Source of the DNA: Candidatus Methylomirabilis oxygeniifera
GTDB lineage: Bacteria > Methylomirabilota > Methylomirabilia > Methylomirabilales > Methylomirabilaceae
Direction of reading: 5' to 3'
NCBI GenBank assembly: GCA_000091165.1
Contig: FP565575.1
Span: 240,001-272,000, forward strand
Length of the DNA stretch: 32,000 nucleotides
A model generated the notes under the pieces. That model made no database searches. It was not told the DNA's origin and was given only the letters and a program-made list of their open reading frames with translations. Below are positions 10,301 through 19,548 of the stretch, piece after piece; the first letter of the stretch is position 1; the number at the start of each line of letters is the position of its first letter. A program made the position numbers and the translations under genes.

Positions 10301-12610
10301 ATGGCGGACGCACGGGGCGGACAGCGTGCGGTGTGGAAGGATCGGTACGTGGCGTATTCGGAGACAGCGCTTCAATACGGCCTCGTTGCGCTGATCGTCC
10401 TGCTGCCGTCGGCCTCACTGCGATCCGTGAAGGGCGTTCTCCTGATCGGCCTGATCGTCATCTGGATTGTACGCATGCTGGTTGTACGGGATGTTGCTCT
10501 GCGGAGGACGCCGTTGGATGCGCCGCTCATGGCGTACATCGGCTGGATTGCCGTCACTCTCATCACGGCCACTCATGTAGTGTACAGCCTGGGAGAGTTG
10601 CTGAAGCTCATGGTGAGTGTGCTTGTATTCTACCTCGTCGTCAATCAGGTGCGAGACAGGCACGCGGCGCGAAGGCTCCTTTCCGCCGTCGCACTGACCA
10701 CGTTCGCGGTCAGCAGCTACGGCATCTTCAAGTTCTTCCTGATTCAGCAAGGGAGCCTTACCGACAGGGCCGTCAGGGCCAATTCGTTGACTCCTGATTA
10801 CCACTGGCTGAGCACCTATCTGATTTTGACCATCCCGGTCGTGCTGTGCCTTGCGATGATACAGGACGATCGGCGATCCAGACTGTTTCTCTGGATCACG
10901 TGCGCGCTTTCGTGCGGCGCGCTTTTTCTCACGTACACCAGGGGGGCGTGGGTGGCCCTTCTGGTCGAACTGGCCGTGTATGGGTGGGCCAGGCGAAAGC
11001 GGTCATACGTCATCCTGGCCGGGGGGACCATCCTCGCGGTGTTGGTCGGTCTGCTGTTGCTCGTATCAAAAAACGGCACCATGGCTTTCGGCCCGAGCGC
11101 CGACACGTTGAATCCTTACACGTTGATGACGCGGATAAAGACTGCCGGCCTGGCTGTCCAGGAGGTCTCGAAACATCCGCTGATGGGGATCGGTTATGGC
11201 GGGAAGACCATGGCCAAGGTCTATGCGGATGCCCCGGAAGTGAAAGAAGCCAACCACCCTCACAATCTGTACGTTGAAGTTGCGCTTGGGACCGGGATTC
11301 CGGGCCTGATTCTGCTGCTGTGGGTGTTGTTTGCCGCACTCAGGGCGATGTGGAGGGGGATGGCCGCGGCTGCCGATCCGTTCGGACGCGCGGTTCTACT
11401 CGGCGTGGGAACGGCAGTTGTGGGGGTCATTGTCAGCAACCTGTTCGATCACATCTTTGCGGGAGGCATGGCCCACCTCTTCTGGGCGCTGATGGCCTTA
11501 GCGGTCGGTGTCGATGCGGGTCAAGCAAGGCAGAAGGCAGGGATCGGGGAACCGGGGAGGATCCTTGTGATCAAGCTCCGGTATCTGGGCGATGTATTGC
11601 TGAGCACGCCCGTCCTGGCCGCTCTTCGGACGACATTTCCGAAGGCCGGCCTCTCAATGCTCGTCAATCCCGGCACCGAGGCGATGATCGCCACTAATCC
11701 TCATCTGGACGAGGTGCTGATCGCGGAGCGGGCAGGGTCGCCGCTGCGTCAATTGGAATTCGTCGCCGCGCTCCGTCGGCGCCGCTTTGATCTCGTGGTT
11801 GATCTGACCGATGGAGATCGAGCGGCGATCCTGAGTCGACTGACCGGGGCTGCCATCAGGGTCGGGTTCAGTCGAGAAGGTCGCTGGCGTGGGCGACTGT
11901 ACACGCATCTGGTTCCGGTGCAGGAGCAGCCGATGCCGATGGTCCGTCAGCACCTGATGGCCCTGGAGATACTGGGGATTCCGCCTATTGACTCATTGCC
12001 TGCGCTCAGGATTCGAGCGACCGATGAGGCGGCGGCCTGCGCTGCCCTCGGCGCTATCGAGATCTCGCCCGGTGAGCGCTTCGTGGCTGTGCATCCCGGC
12101 GCCCGATGGTGGTTCAAGAGCTGGCCTGCTGCGCGATTTGCGAGTCTTATCGACTATATCCAGGGGAAGCTCGGGATCAAGGTGGTGCTGCTCGGTTCAG
12201 TTGCAGATCAACAGACCGCAGAGGCGATCCTGGACGAGGTAGAAACCGGCTGCCGTTCGCTGGTGGGGCGACTGACGCTCCTTGAGCTGGCCGGGCTGCT
12301 TCGACAGGCGACCCTCCTTGTCGGCAACGATAACGGACCGATGCATATCGCGGCTGCGATGGGGACGCCCGTGGTCGGTCTGTTTGGTCCTGCCGATCCA
12401 AGGGTCTGGGGACCGGCCGGTGAGGGGCATGCCGTACTCTACAAAGGGGTGGATTGCCGGCCCTGCTTCCCAGGTGGGTGCCGGCGTGGAGAGCAGAACT
12501 GTATGCGATTGATCGCGCTTGACGAGGTGATTTCTGTTGTGGAGCGGATGCTCAGACAGCCCTGCCTGTGCGACAGCAGACAGGCGCCGGCGCGGACGGA
12601 GGTTCTATGA
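10301..12610 (+). CDS. Fusion protein: O-antigen ligase/polymerase-like (Wzy_C) membrane domain + GT9 ADP-heptose:LPS heptosyltransferase domain
   Basis: N-terminal about 420 aa is polytopic with YTRGAWVALLVELAVYG and NHPHNLYVEVALGTGIPGL (WaaL/Wzy_C-type). The C-terminal about 340 aa has ILVIKLRYLGDVLLSTPVLAAL and LVGNDNGPMHIAAAMGTPVVGLFGP (GT9). ATG 10301 follows AAGGAAG. GTG 10286 is also possible. Confidence 0.8.
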   Translation: MADARGGQRAVWKDRYVAYSETALQYGLVALIVLLPSASLRSVKGVLLIGLIVIWIVRMLVVRDVALRRTPLDAPLMAYIGWIAVTLITATHVVYSLGELLKLMVSVLVFYLVVNQVRDRHAARRLLSAVALTTFAVSSYGIFKFFLIQQGSLTDRAVRANSLTPDYHWLSTYLILTIPVVLCLAMIQDDRRSRLFLWITCALSCGALFLTYTRGAWVALLVELAVYGWARRKRSYVILAGGTILAVLVGLLLLVSKNGTMAFGPSADTLNPYTLMTRIKTAGLAVQEVSKHPLMGIGYGGKTMAKVYADAPEVKEANHPHNLYVEVALGTGIPGLILLLWVLFAALRAMWRGMAAAADPFGRAVLLGVGTAVVGVIVSNLFDHIFAGGMAHLFWALMALAVGVDAGQARQKAGIGEPGRILVIKLRYLGDVLLSTPVLAALRTTFPKAGLSMLVNPGTEAMIATNPHLDEVLIAERAGSPLRQLEFVAALRRRRFDLVVDLTDGDRAAILSRLTGAAIRVGFSREGRWRGRLYTHLVPVQEQPMPMVRQHLMALEILGIPPIDSLPALRIRATDEAAACAALGAIEISPGERFVAVHPGARWWFKSWPAARFASLIDYIQGKLGIKVVLLGSVADQQTAEAILDEVETGCRSLVGRLTLLELAGLLRQATLLVGNDNGPMHIAAAMGTPVVGLFGPADPRVWGPAGEGHAVLYKGVDCRPCFPGGCRRGEQNCMRLIALDEVISVVERMLRQPCLCDSRQAPARTEVL

Positions 12611-13566
12611 TTGCCGATCGAGGGCGACAAGTGCTCCAGATCGAGGCTGAGGCGATTCTGGCCTTGATTCCGAAACTCGACGAGCGGTTCGATCGGGTCG
12701 TCGAGATCCTCCGGGATTGCCGGGGCCGGGTCGTGCTGACCGGTATGGGCAAATCCGGATCGGTGGCTCAGAAGATCGCCTCTACCATGGCCAGCACCGG
12801 AACCCCTGCGTTCTTTCTCCATCCCGCCGAGGGGGGGCATGGCGACCTGGGGATGCTGGTCCGTGGCGATGTGGTGATTGCGGTGTCGAACAGTGGTGAG
12901 ACGGATGAACTCGTCGGCCTGCTTCCCGCGATCAAACGGCTTGGCCTCATGCTGATCGCGCTGGTCGGTGATCCCGCTTCCACCCTGGCCAGACAGAGTG
13001 ACGTCGCCATCGATGTCGGCGTCGCGAAAGAGGCCTGTCCGCTGGCGTTGGCGCCTACCGCCAGCACCACCGCCGCCCTGGCTATGGGCGATGCCCTTGC
13101 GGTGGCCCTGCTCGAGCAACGCGGTTTCACCGAGGCCGACTTCGCCCTCCTGCATCCGGCCGGCAGCCTGGGGCGGCGATTGTTGTGGCGGGTGCAAGAC
13201 CTCATGCGTGTCGGCGAGCAACTTCCCATCATCAGACAGGATGCGCTCATGAGTGAGGCGCTTGCTGAGATTTCGCGAAAGCGGCTTGGGATGACCGCTG
13301 TGGTGGACGAGACCGGGATCGTTATCGGGATCATTACCGATGGCGACCTGCGTCGGGCGCTCTCACAAGGGGTCGATCTGTTGCAGCGGCAGGCCAGGGA
13401 CTGTATGACGCCACACCCCAAGACCATCGACAGGGATGCCCTTGCTGCCAAAGCGCTGGAGGTCATGGAGCGGCACGCGATTACCTCGCTGCTGATCGTG
13501 GATCCCAAGGGGAACCCGGAGGGGGTTATCCATCTGCACGACCTGCTGCGAGCTGGGGTGGTATGA
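12607..13566 (+). CDS. kdsD: Arabinose-5-phosphate isomerase (KpsF/GutQ/KdsD family; SIS + 2 CBS domains)
   Basis: SIS motif LTGMGKSGSVAQKIASTMASTGTPAFFLHPAEGGHGDLG and a C-terminal CBS pair. ATG 12607 overlaps the upstream stop (ATGA). Confidence 0.9.
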   Translation: MIADRGRQVLQIEAEAILALIPKLDERFDRVVEILRDCRGRVVLTGMGKSGSVAQKIASTMASTGTPAFFLHPAEGGHGDLGMLVRGDVVIAVSNSGETDELVGLLPAIKRLGLMLIALVGDPASTLARQSDVAIDVGVAKEACPLALAPTASTTAALAMGDALAVALLEQRGFTEADFALLHPAGSLGRRLLWRVQDLMRVGEQLPIIRQDALMSEALAEISRKRLGMTAVVDETGIVIGIITDGDLRRALSQGVDLLQRQARDCMTPHPKTIDRDALAAKALEVMERHAITSLLIVDPKGNPEGVIHLHDLLRAGVV

Positions 13567-13573
13567 AAAAAGG

Positions 13574-13601
13574 GTGCGACGTGAGACGTGCGACGTGCGA
13601 A
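13574..13601. repeat. GTGCGAC heptamer array (4 units)
   Basis: GTGCGAC GTGAGAC GTGCGAC GTGCGAA, immediately after the kdsD stop. Confidence 0.85.
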
Positions 13602-13627
13602 GGATATTCTCCTTCAGCCCCTGACAT

Positions 13628-13658
13628 CCCCCCTTTTGCAAAGGGGGGTGCGGGGGGA
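13628..13658. repeat. C6-TTTTGCAAA-G6 palindrome followed by a second G run
   Basis: CCCCCCTTTTGCAAAGGGGGG (13628-13648), then TGCGGGGGG. Same architecture as the elements at 15334-15406. Confidence 0.85.
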
Positions 13659-13664
13659 TTTGGG

Positions 13665-15275
13665 ATGGGGGGATTACTTGAAAAAGAGTGGTTGGTTTTG
13701 TGCGTTCTACTCATCTGGACACTTTTTGTCTACTACTCGCATCTGGGCATACCCCTCAGAGGTGACGAGGGGATGTATGCGGCCATTGCGCGAAGAATGG
13801 TTCGGACCGGGGACTGGTTGCACCTTGTGTACGAGGGGCGGCCTTACATGAATAAACCCCCCCTGCATTTCTGGCTTATGGCGCTGTCCCTTGTATTGTG
13901 GGGGCCGAGTGAGTTTGCCGTTCGATTTCCGTCGGCGACCTTTGGGATCGGTATGGTCTGTCTTGCGTACGTCAGCGGCCGGATGCTGTTCGATCGACGG
14001 CTTGGCGTGATCGCAGCGATCATCACGACCTCCACGCTTACCGCTGTCTGGCACGCCCATCAAGCGAGATTCGATGTGGAGCTTGCCTTTTGGATGAATC
14101 TTGGGTTCTTCTTCTTTTATCTGGCGTACCGCGGAGGTGAGCGACGTGTCGGCTATCTCTGTTGTGCCTTTCTGTCGATCGCCGTGGGAGTGATGCTGAA
14201 GGGTCCTGTAGGCGCCATCCTGCCGGGCGTGACGGCCCTTGCCTTTGTGGTAATGACGCGGCGATCCAAGGTATGTATCGAAATCCCGTACCTGCTGGGC
14301 GGTCTGGTCATATTTCTCCTCGTCACCGTACCCTACTATGTAAGCTTGGGTGAAACGTTCAACCGACACTTTTTTATCGAGGAGAATCTGACCCGCGTCT
14401 TCCATGCGCCCAACTCACCGTTTCTCTATCTCGTCATGATCTTTGCAGGGTTTCTCCCCTGGAGCCTCTTTCTCCCGTGTGTCGGTCTGTACCTCTGGAG
14501 GTCGCGTTCTCGTGCTCTTGGCGAAGCGGATCTGCTGCTCCGCATCTGGTGCACCGGCTTTTTTGTGCTCTTAAGTCTACCGGCGGGGAAGGCTGAGCGA
14601 TTTCTTGTCTATCTCATCCCGCCCTTGGCTCTCTTGATGGCCCGATACTGGGATTATCTGTTTCAGCATACCGATACCGTGACGTCAGCGGAACGTCGCG
14701 TGCTCAAGTTCGCGACCTTCTTTCTGGGTCTCGTCGGCGTGCTGGGCGTGTTTATTGGACCATGGATTCTGCGTCAGCGATTCCTTATGGCCGGCGATGT
14801 CTGGCCGGTACCCCTGGCGTTGCTTATGGGCATCGGGTGTATCGCTGTGCTGTACGCCGCCTACAGGTGCCGCCCGCCTGCTATCTTTTCGAGTGTGACG
14901 GCGGTCGCCGTCGTCATGACCGTCGGTCTTGTTCAGTACTTTTATCCCGCGCTTGCCAGATACGAATCTGCCAAGGCGATTGCCCAGCAGGTCCGCGCGG
15001 TTGTGGGCGACTCCCCTCTGGTGATTTATCATCCGGGCCGGTCGTTAGGTGAGGATATCCTGTATTATCTGGATCGACCGTCGCCGGTGCCGGAACTCCA
15101 GACCCCTGACGAGATCTACGCGGCCTTTGAGACCCGCCAGCAGGTCTTCGGTCTTCTGAGCAAGAGCAGCTTTGAGGAGCTTGAGCGCCAGGGTAAACTG
15201 CCGATTATGCGTCTCGCGGATCATTCATATCGCCAGCGGGACTTTGTCCTGGTGAAGAATCGGGCGCGGTTATAA
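13665..15275 (+). CDS. Polytopic glycosyltransferase of the ArnT/PMT family (GT39/GT83-like lipid- or glycan-modifying enzyme)
   Basis: About 12 predicted TM helices. First-loop motif RGDEGMYAAIARRMVRTGDWLHLVYEGRPYMNKPPLHFWLMA. Start set at ATG 13665 because 13563-13664 is occupied by repeat elements. ATG 13563 (ATGA overlap with kdsD) cannot be excluded. Confidence 0.75.
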   Translation: MGGLLEKEWLVLCVLLIWTLFVYYSHLGIPLRGDEGMYAAIARRMVRTGDWLHLVYEGRPYMNKPPLHFWLMALSLVLWGPSEFAVRFPSATFGIGMVCLAYVSGRMLFDRRLGVIAAIITTSTLTAVWHAHQARFDVELAFWMNLGFFFFYLAYRGGERRVGYLCCAFLSIAVGVMLKGPVGAILPGVTALAFVVMTRRSKVCIEIPYLLGGLVIFLLVTVPYYVSLGETFNRHFFIEENLTRVFHAPNSPFLYLVMIFAGFLPWSLFLPCVGLYLWRSRSRALGEADLLLRIWCTGFFVLLSLPAGKAERFLVYLIPPLALLMARYWDYLFQHTDTVTSAERRVLKFATFFLGLVGVLGVFIGPWILRQRFLMAGDVWPVPLALLMGIGCIAVLYAAYRCRPPAIFSSVTAVAVVMTVGLVQYFYPALARYESAKAIAQQVRAVVGDSPLVIYHPGRSLGEDILYYLDRPSPVPELQTPDEIYAAFETRQQVFGLLSKSSFEELERQGKLPIMRLADHSYRQRDFVLVKNRARL

Positions 15276-15333
15276 AGGGAAGAGCAGCCCATGCGGCGCC
15301 GGCCGCACCACGGCGCACGAAAACCCCCTCGAT

Positions 15334-15406
15334 CCCCCTTTATGAAAGGGGGAGGCAAGGAAGCGTATCAGTAGTCCCCCCCTTTATGAAAGGGGGGTCA
15401 GGGGGG
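15334..15406. repeat. Two C5-7-TTTATGAAA-G5-6 palindromes
   Basis: CCCCCTTTATGAAAGGGGG (15334-15352) and CCCCCCCTTTATGAAAGGGGGG (15376-15397) followed by TCAGGGGGG (to 15406). Confidence 0.85.
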
Positions 15407-15408
15407 TT

Positions 15409-15451
15409 TGTCCGAAGCTGACGGCTGACCGCTATTTTGTGAGGAATTCCC
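15409..15451 (+). repeat. Heptamer-bearing leader shared with pyrG (TGACGGC units + TATTTT-GAGGAAT SD module)
   Basis: GTCCGAAGC TGACGGC TGACCGC TATTTTGTGAGGAATTCCC-ATG here, versus GTCTGAAGC TGACGGC TGAGTGC TGACGGC TGACAGC TATTTTCCGAGGAATACT-ATG at 4727-4785. Confidence 0.85.
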
Positions 15452-16048
15452 ATGTCCATCGACTCCAGACTACAGGAAATAGCGAAGGTGATACGTCTGC
15501 TCATAATGGACGTAGACGGCGTCCTGACTGATGGACGTATCTTCTACAATGCTGAAGGCGTGCAGAGCCAGGCCTTCTTTGTGAGAGACGGCTATGGTCT
15601 TCGCATGGCCCGGCAGGCGGGATTGCTGACGGCGATCGTGACGGGGCGTATATCGGCGGCGGTGACCCACCGCGCGAATGAATTGGGCATTACTGAAATC
15701 CACCAGGGGGCGACGAATAAGATCGAGGTGTATGAGATGCTCCTTCAGCGGTATGGCCTGACCGATGAGGCGGTGGCGTATGTCGGCGACGACCTGAACG
15801 ACCTGTCGGTGCTCGGTCGGGTCGGGCTTTCCGTGGCGCCGGCTGATGCCGATCCGGAGGTGACAACGCGGGTTGCGTATGTGACGACGCAGCTCGGAGG
15901 CCGCGGCGCGGTCCGGGAGGTGATCGATCTGATCCTGAAGGCCCAGGGCCGATGGGAGGAGTTCCTCGAAGAGCGAGGATCGGCGTCGGAGGAGGGCCGG
16001 CCGGCCGGCGGCTTTTTCTTGACAAGCGGACGAGGTATGTTACAGTGA
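15452..16048 (+). CDS. kdsC: KDO-8-phosphate phosphatase (HAD superfamily, YrbI family)
   Basis: [19 protein letters not shown], and [11 protein letters not shown] motifs. About 25 extra C-terminal residues relative to the usual length. Confidence 0.88.
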   Translation: MSIDSRLQEIAKVIRLLIMDVDGVLTDGRIFYNAEGVQSQAFFVRDGYGLRMARQAGLLTAIVTGRISAAVTHRANELGITEIHQGATNKIEVYEMLLQRYGLTDEAVAYVGDDLNDLSVLGRVGLSVAPADADPEVTTRVAYVTTQLGGRGAVREVIDLILKAQGRWEEFLEERGSASEEGRPAGGFFLTSGRGMLQ

Positions 16049-16057
16049 CCCGTCTGA

Positions 16058-16086
16058 GGCGGGGCGGCATCGTATGCCGGCTCGCC
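16058..16086. other. GC-rich hairpin between kdsC and metK
   Basis: GGCGGGGCGGCAT cgt ATGCCGGCTCGCC, with 11 of 13 positions paired. No U tract follows, so it is not a canonical terminator. Confidence 0.5.
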
Positions 16087-16133
16087 GTCGAAGTAACGGA
16101 GCGGATTGTATAGAAGGGGAGGAGGACCGATTC

Positions 16134-17291
<1,158 letters not shown>

Positions 17292-17298
17292 TTCCCCC

Positions 17299-17970
17299 AT
17301 GCATCGAATCGTTGCGTGCATCGTCGCACTCCTGACCATCGGCGCGGCAGGGGTCGTCAGGGGCCAGGAGCTGAAGACTGAGGAGCAGAAGACGTTTTAC
17401 GCCCTAGGGCTCGCGCTCAGCCAGAGTCTCGGCTTGTTCAATCTTAGCGAGGCCGAGCTGGAGTTGGTGAAGTCAGGTCTCGCCGACGGGGTCCTGAATC
17501 GGACGCGGAAGGTCGAGCTGCCCGCGTACATGAGCAAGGTCCAGGAGTTGCAGACGTCGCGTCAGGCCGCCGCCGCTGCCGTCGAGAAGAAGCAGGGCCA
17601 GTCGTTCCTCGACAAGGCCGCCGCCGAGAAGGGGGTAACCAAGACGGCCTCTGGCGTGATCGTCACCACGCTCAAGTCCGGCACCGGACCCTCCCCCGCG
17701 GCCGGCGACACGGTGAAGGTGCACTACACGGGCACCCTGATCGACGGCACCGTCTTCGACAGCTCCGTGCAGCGTGGACAACCGGCCACCTTCCCCCTCA
17801 ACGGCGTGATCAAATGCTGGACCGAAGGCGTCGTCACCATGAAGGTCGGCGGTAAGGCGAAGCTGGTCTGCCCTGCCGACGCGGCCTACGGCGTCCGGGG
17901 GGCGCCCCCGAAAATTAAGCCGGGCGCCACGCTGGTCTTCGACGTGGAACTGCTGGAGATCGTGAAGTAA
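17299..17970 (+). CDS. Secreted FKBP-type peptidyl-prolyl cis-trans isomerase (FkpA/Mip-like)
   Basis: Signal peptide MHRIVACIVALLTIGAAGVVRGQ, a helical N-domain, and the FKBP domain VKVHYTGTLIDGTVFDSS...GATLVFDVELLEIV. Confidence 0.88.
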   Translation: MHRIVACIVALLTIGAAGVVRGQELKTEEQKTFYALGLALSQSLGLFNLSEAELELVKSGLADGVLNRTRKVELPAYMSKVQELQTSRQAAAAAVEKKQGQSFLDKAAAEKGVTKTASGVIVTTLKSGTGPSPAAGDTVKVHYTGTLIDGTVFDSSVQRGQPATFPLNGVIKCWTEGVVTMKVGGKAKLVCPADAAYGVRGAPPKIKPGATLVFDVELLEIVK

Positions 17971-18440
17971 CGTACCTGAGAGCTGCGCCGCGTCAATCTA
18001 GTCGCTTCACCCCGCCTTCCGAGCCAGACATCCGCGCCCGCATGCGCCACCATACGTGCAAGCATCTCCTGTTCTGGCCATGTAGTTCGTACGGCTCGTC
18101 AACCTCTGTCTCGACAAGACGCGTACGCCCACTGCGCCACCCATTCCGGTCGGAAACCGCCCACCTCTTCCGATTAATCTCGGCCAGGCGTTCCGATGCT
18201 GGTGCAGGTTAGTAGTTGTAATCTGTACCGTGATGTCAAGAGGGCGTCGAACTGCCCGGTCGCCGGATTCCAGAGCATCGGGAGACCAGAAAACAGATCG
18301 TAGCAACCGAGGCAGCAGGGGAGTCCAAAGCACAGTTGATTGACTCGGATTTGGTTCGGGCGGCTCGCTGTCGGAGACCGGATAGGCTGACATAGGTGCA
18401 GCGTTTGCCGTCGCCTGCCTTCATACAAATGTCTTGTTAA

Positions 18441-18663
18441 GTGCCAGAAAAGATTATAGAGTTTTGGCCAGCTCCAAGAACGGCTGGTCGAGATAGACCG
18501 ATCAGCATACGCAATGGTTCGACTTGAAAAGTAGACCGATCGAGATCGATGCGGGACAGAGCAATGATGGCGAACGCGTGAGATCGACGAGAGACGGTGC
18601 CGAGCGCGGATCATCATGTGTCGGAAAGCCACCAGGCGCGAGAGGGGGCAGTATGGCAAGTGA
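18441..18663 (+). pseudogene. Degraded BrnT-like (DUF497) toxin gene
   Basis: The family-typical C-terminus ARIIMCRKATRRERGQYGK-stop is in frame 1 (18598-18663). Upstream pieces are scattered over the other frames (KIIEFW..., WFDLKSRPIEIDAGQSNDGERV...) and interrupted by stops at 18496, 18529 and 18565. Confidence 0.5.
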
Positions 18664-18867
18664 GGAGATGAGAAAAGATACGACTTTTCGAAGGGTGTTC
18701 GGGGCAAGTTTTACAGGCCGGGCCTAAAGATCAGCCTTCCCGTGTACCTTGATCAAGAAGCGATGGCCTTTGTACAGCGCATTGCCCGGAAGAAGAAGAC
18801 CGATATCTCGACGGTGGTCAACAAACTGATTCTCACGGACAAGTACCTTGCAGAGGTTATCGACTAA
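18653..18867 (+). pseudogene. BrnA-like (RHH/CopG-type) antitoxin gene with a 1-nt frameshift
   Basis: ATG 18653 (MASEEMRK) is in frame 2. The family-typical YDFSKGVRGKF...ISLPVYLDQEAMAFVQRIARKKKTDISTVVNKLIL body is in frame 1. One extra A in the A4 run 18673-18676 would join them (MRKRYDFSKG). Confidence 0.6.
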
Positions 18868-19267
18868 GGGTACATCTTGACGAACGACCTGCTCCACCAG
18901 ACGCCGGCTAGGTACCTCTGAGCGTGGCTCGCGATGGTCTGCGGTGCCGCCGGTGAGCAGTACGTTGAGCCCACCAGAGACGAAGGAGGCCAGCGCTCGA
19001 AGCCCACTGAGACCCTGGCGCGAGGCGCCGGAGTGTCGGTTAGTGGTACCCAAGAGAACCGCGTTCGCCGTCGAGTGAGTATAGATTATACTCCCGTAAC
19101 CTGCACCCGCTCGAAACCATTTCCGGTTTCGACTCCATGGAGGTACGTAATCTCGAATTACAGGTTGGGCCGGGATCTCATGGGTGGGCTACTTGTAAGA
19201 ACCGAGGAGATTAGAGCGGACAGTTCAACAGTTCAATCCGGATAGTCGAAACAAATAAGCGAGGGTA

Positions 19268-19495
19268 TCAAGGTGTGCAGGATCGCGGGCGCTCCGTCCG
19301 GGCGATATGGCAGCTCAGGGTTTTCAGAAGAGCTGACAGGTCAACGTTTTGGACCTTGACCGAATCTGGGGCTGTCAGTTGGGCGGGGGCGAAATTGAAG
19401 ACCGCGATTACTCCGCCCTCAACCAGTGCGTCGAGGACGGCCTGGGCGTAGTCGCAGGTCACCTTCAAATTGTAGATGCTAGGAGTTAATCCGAC
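19268..19495 (-). pseudogene. rex: C-terminal fragment of a Rex-type redox-sensing repressor
   Basis: VGLTPSIYNLK..VTCDYAQAVLDALVEGGVIAVFNFAPAQLTAPDSVKVQNVDLSALLKTLSCHI aligns by eye with the last roughly 65 aa of Rex (B. subtilis ...[49 protein letters not shown]). The N-terminal winged-helix and most of the Rossmann domain are absent. Confidence 0.6.
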
Positions 19496-19548
19496 AGCCA
19501 GGCAGAATCCTCGCGAAACCCTACAGGATCTCCATCTAACGGCGCACT

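Noticed and set aside
12439-13508. Minus-strand ORFs of 260 aa and 246 aa opposite kdsD
   Set aside because: They are antisense to a complete SIS+CBS isomerase, have no motifs, and have Arg/Ser/Pro-biased composition.
16049-16133. SAM riboswitch upstream of metK
   Set aside because: The spacer is only 85 nt, and no AAAGCU/anti-SD elements of SAM-II, SAM-V or SAM-SAH motifs were seen. Only a plain GC hairpin is present.
18724-19053. 109-aa minus-strand ORF
   Set aside because: Its 3' third is simply the antisense of the BrnA-like antitoxin relic. The remainder (..LNVLLTGGTADH..) only vaguely recalls a P-loop and lacks GKT/S.
17971-19267. tRNA, tmRNA or integrase gene that could explain the island
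   Set aside because: GGTTCGA-like strings (for example 18506-18512) lack flanking T-arm complementarity, and no cloverleaf could be built. No ORF shows tyrosine/serine recombinase or DDE motifs.
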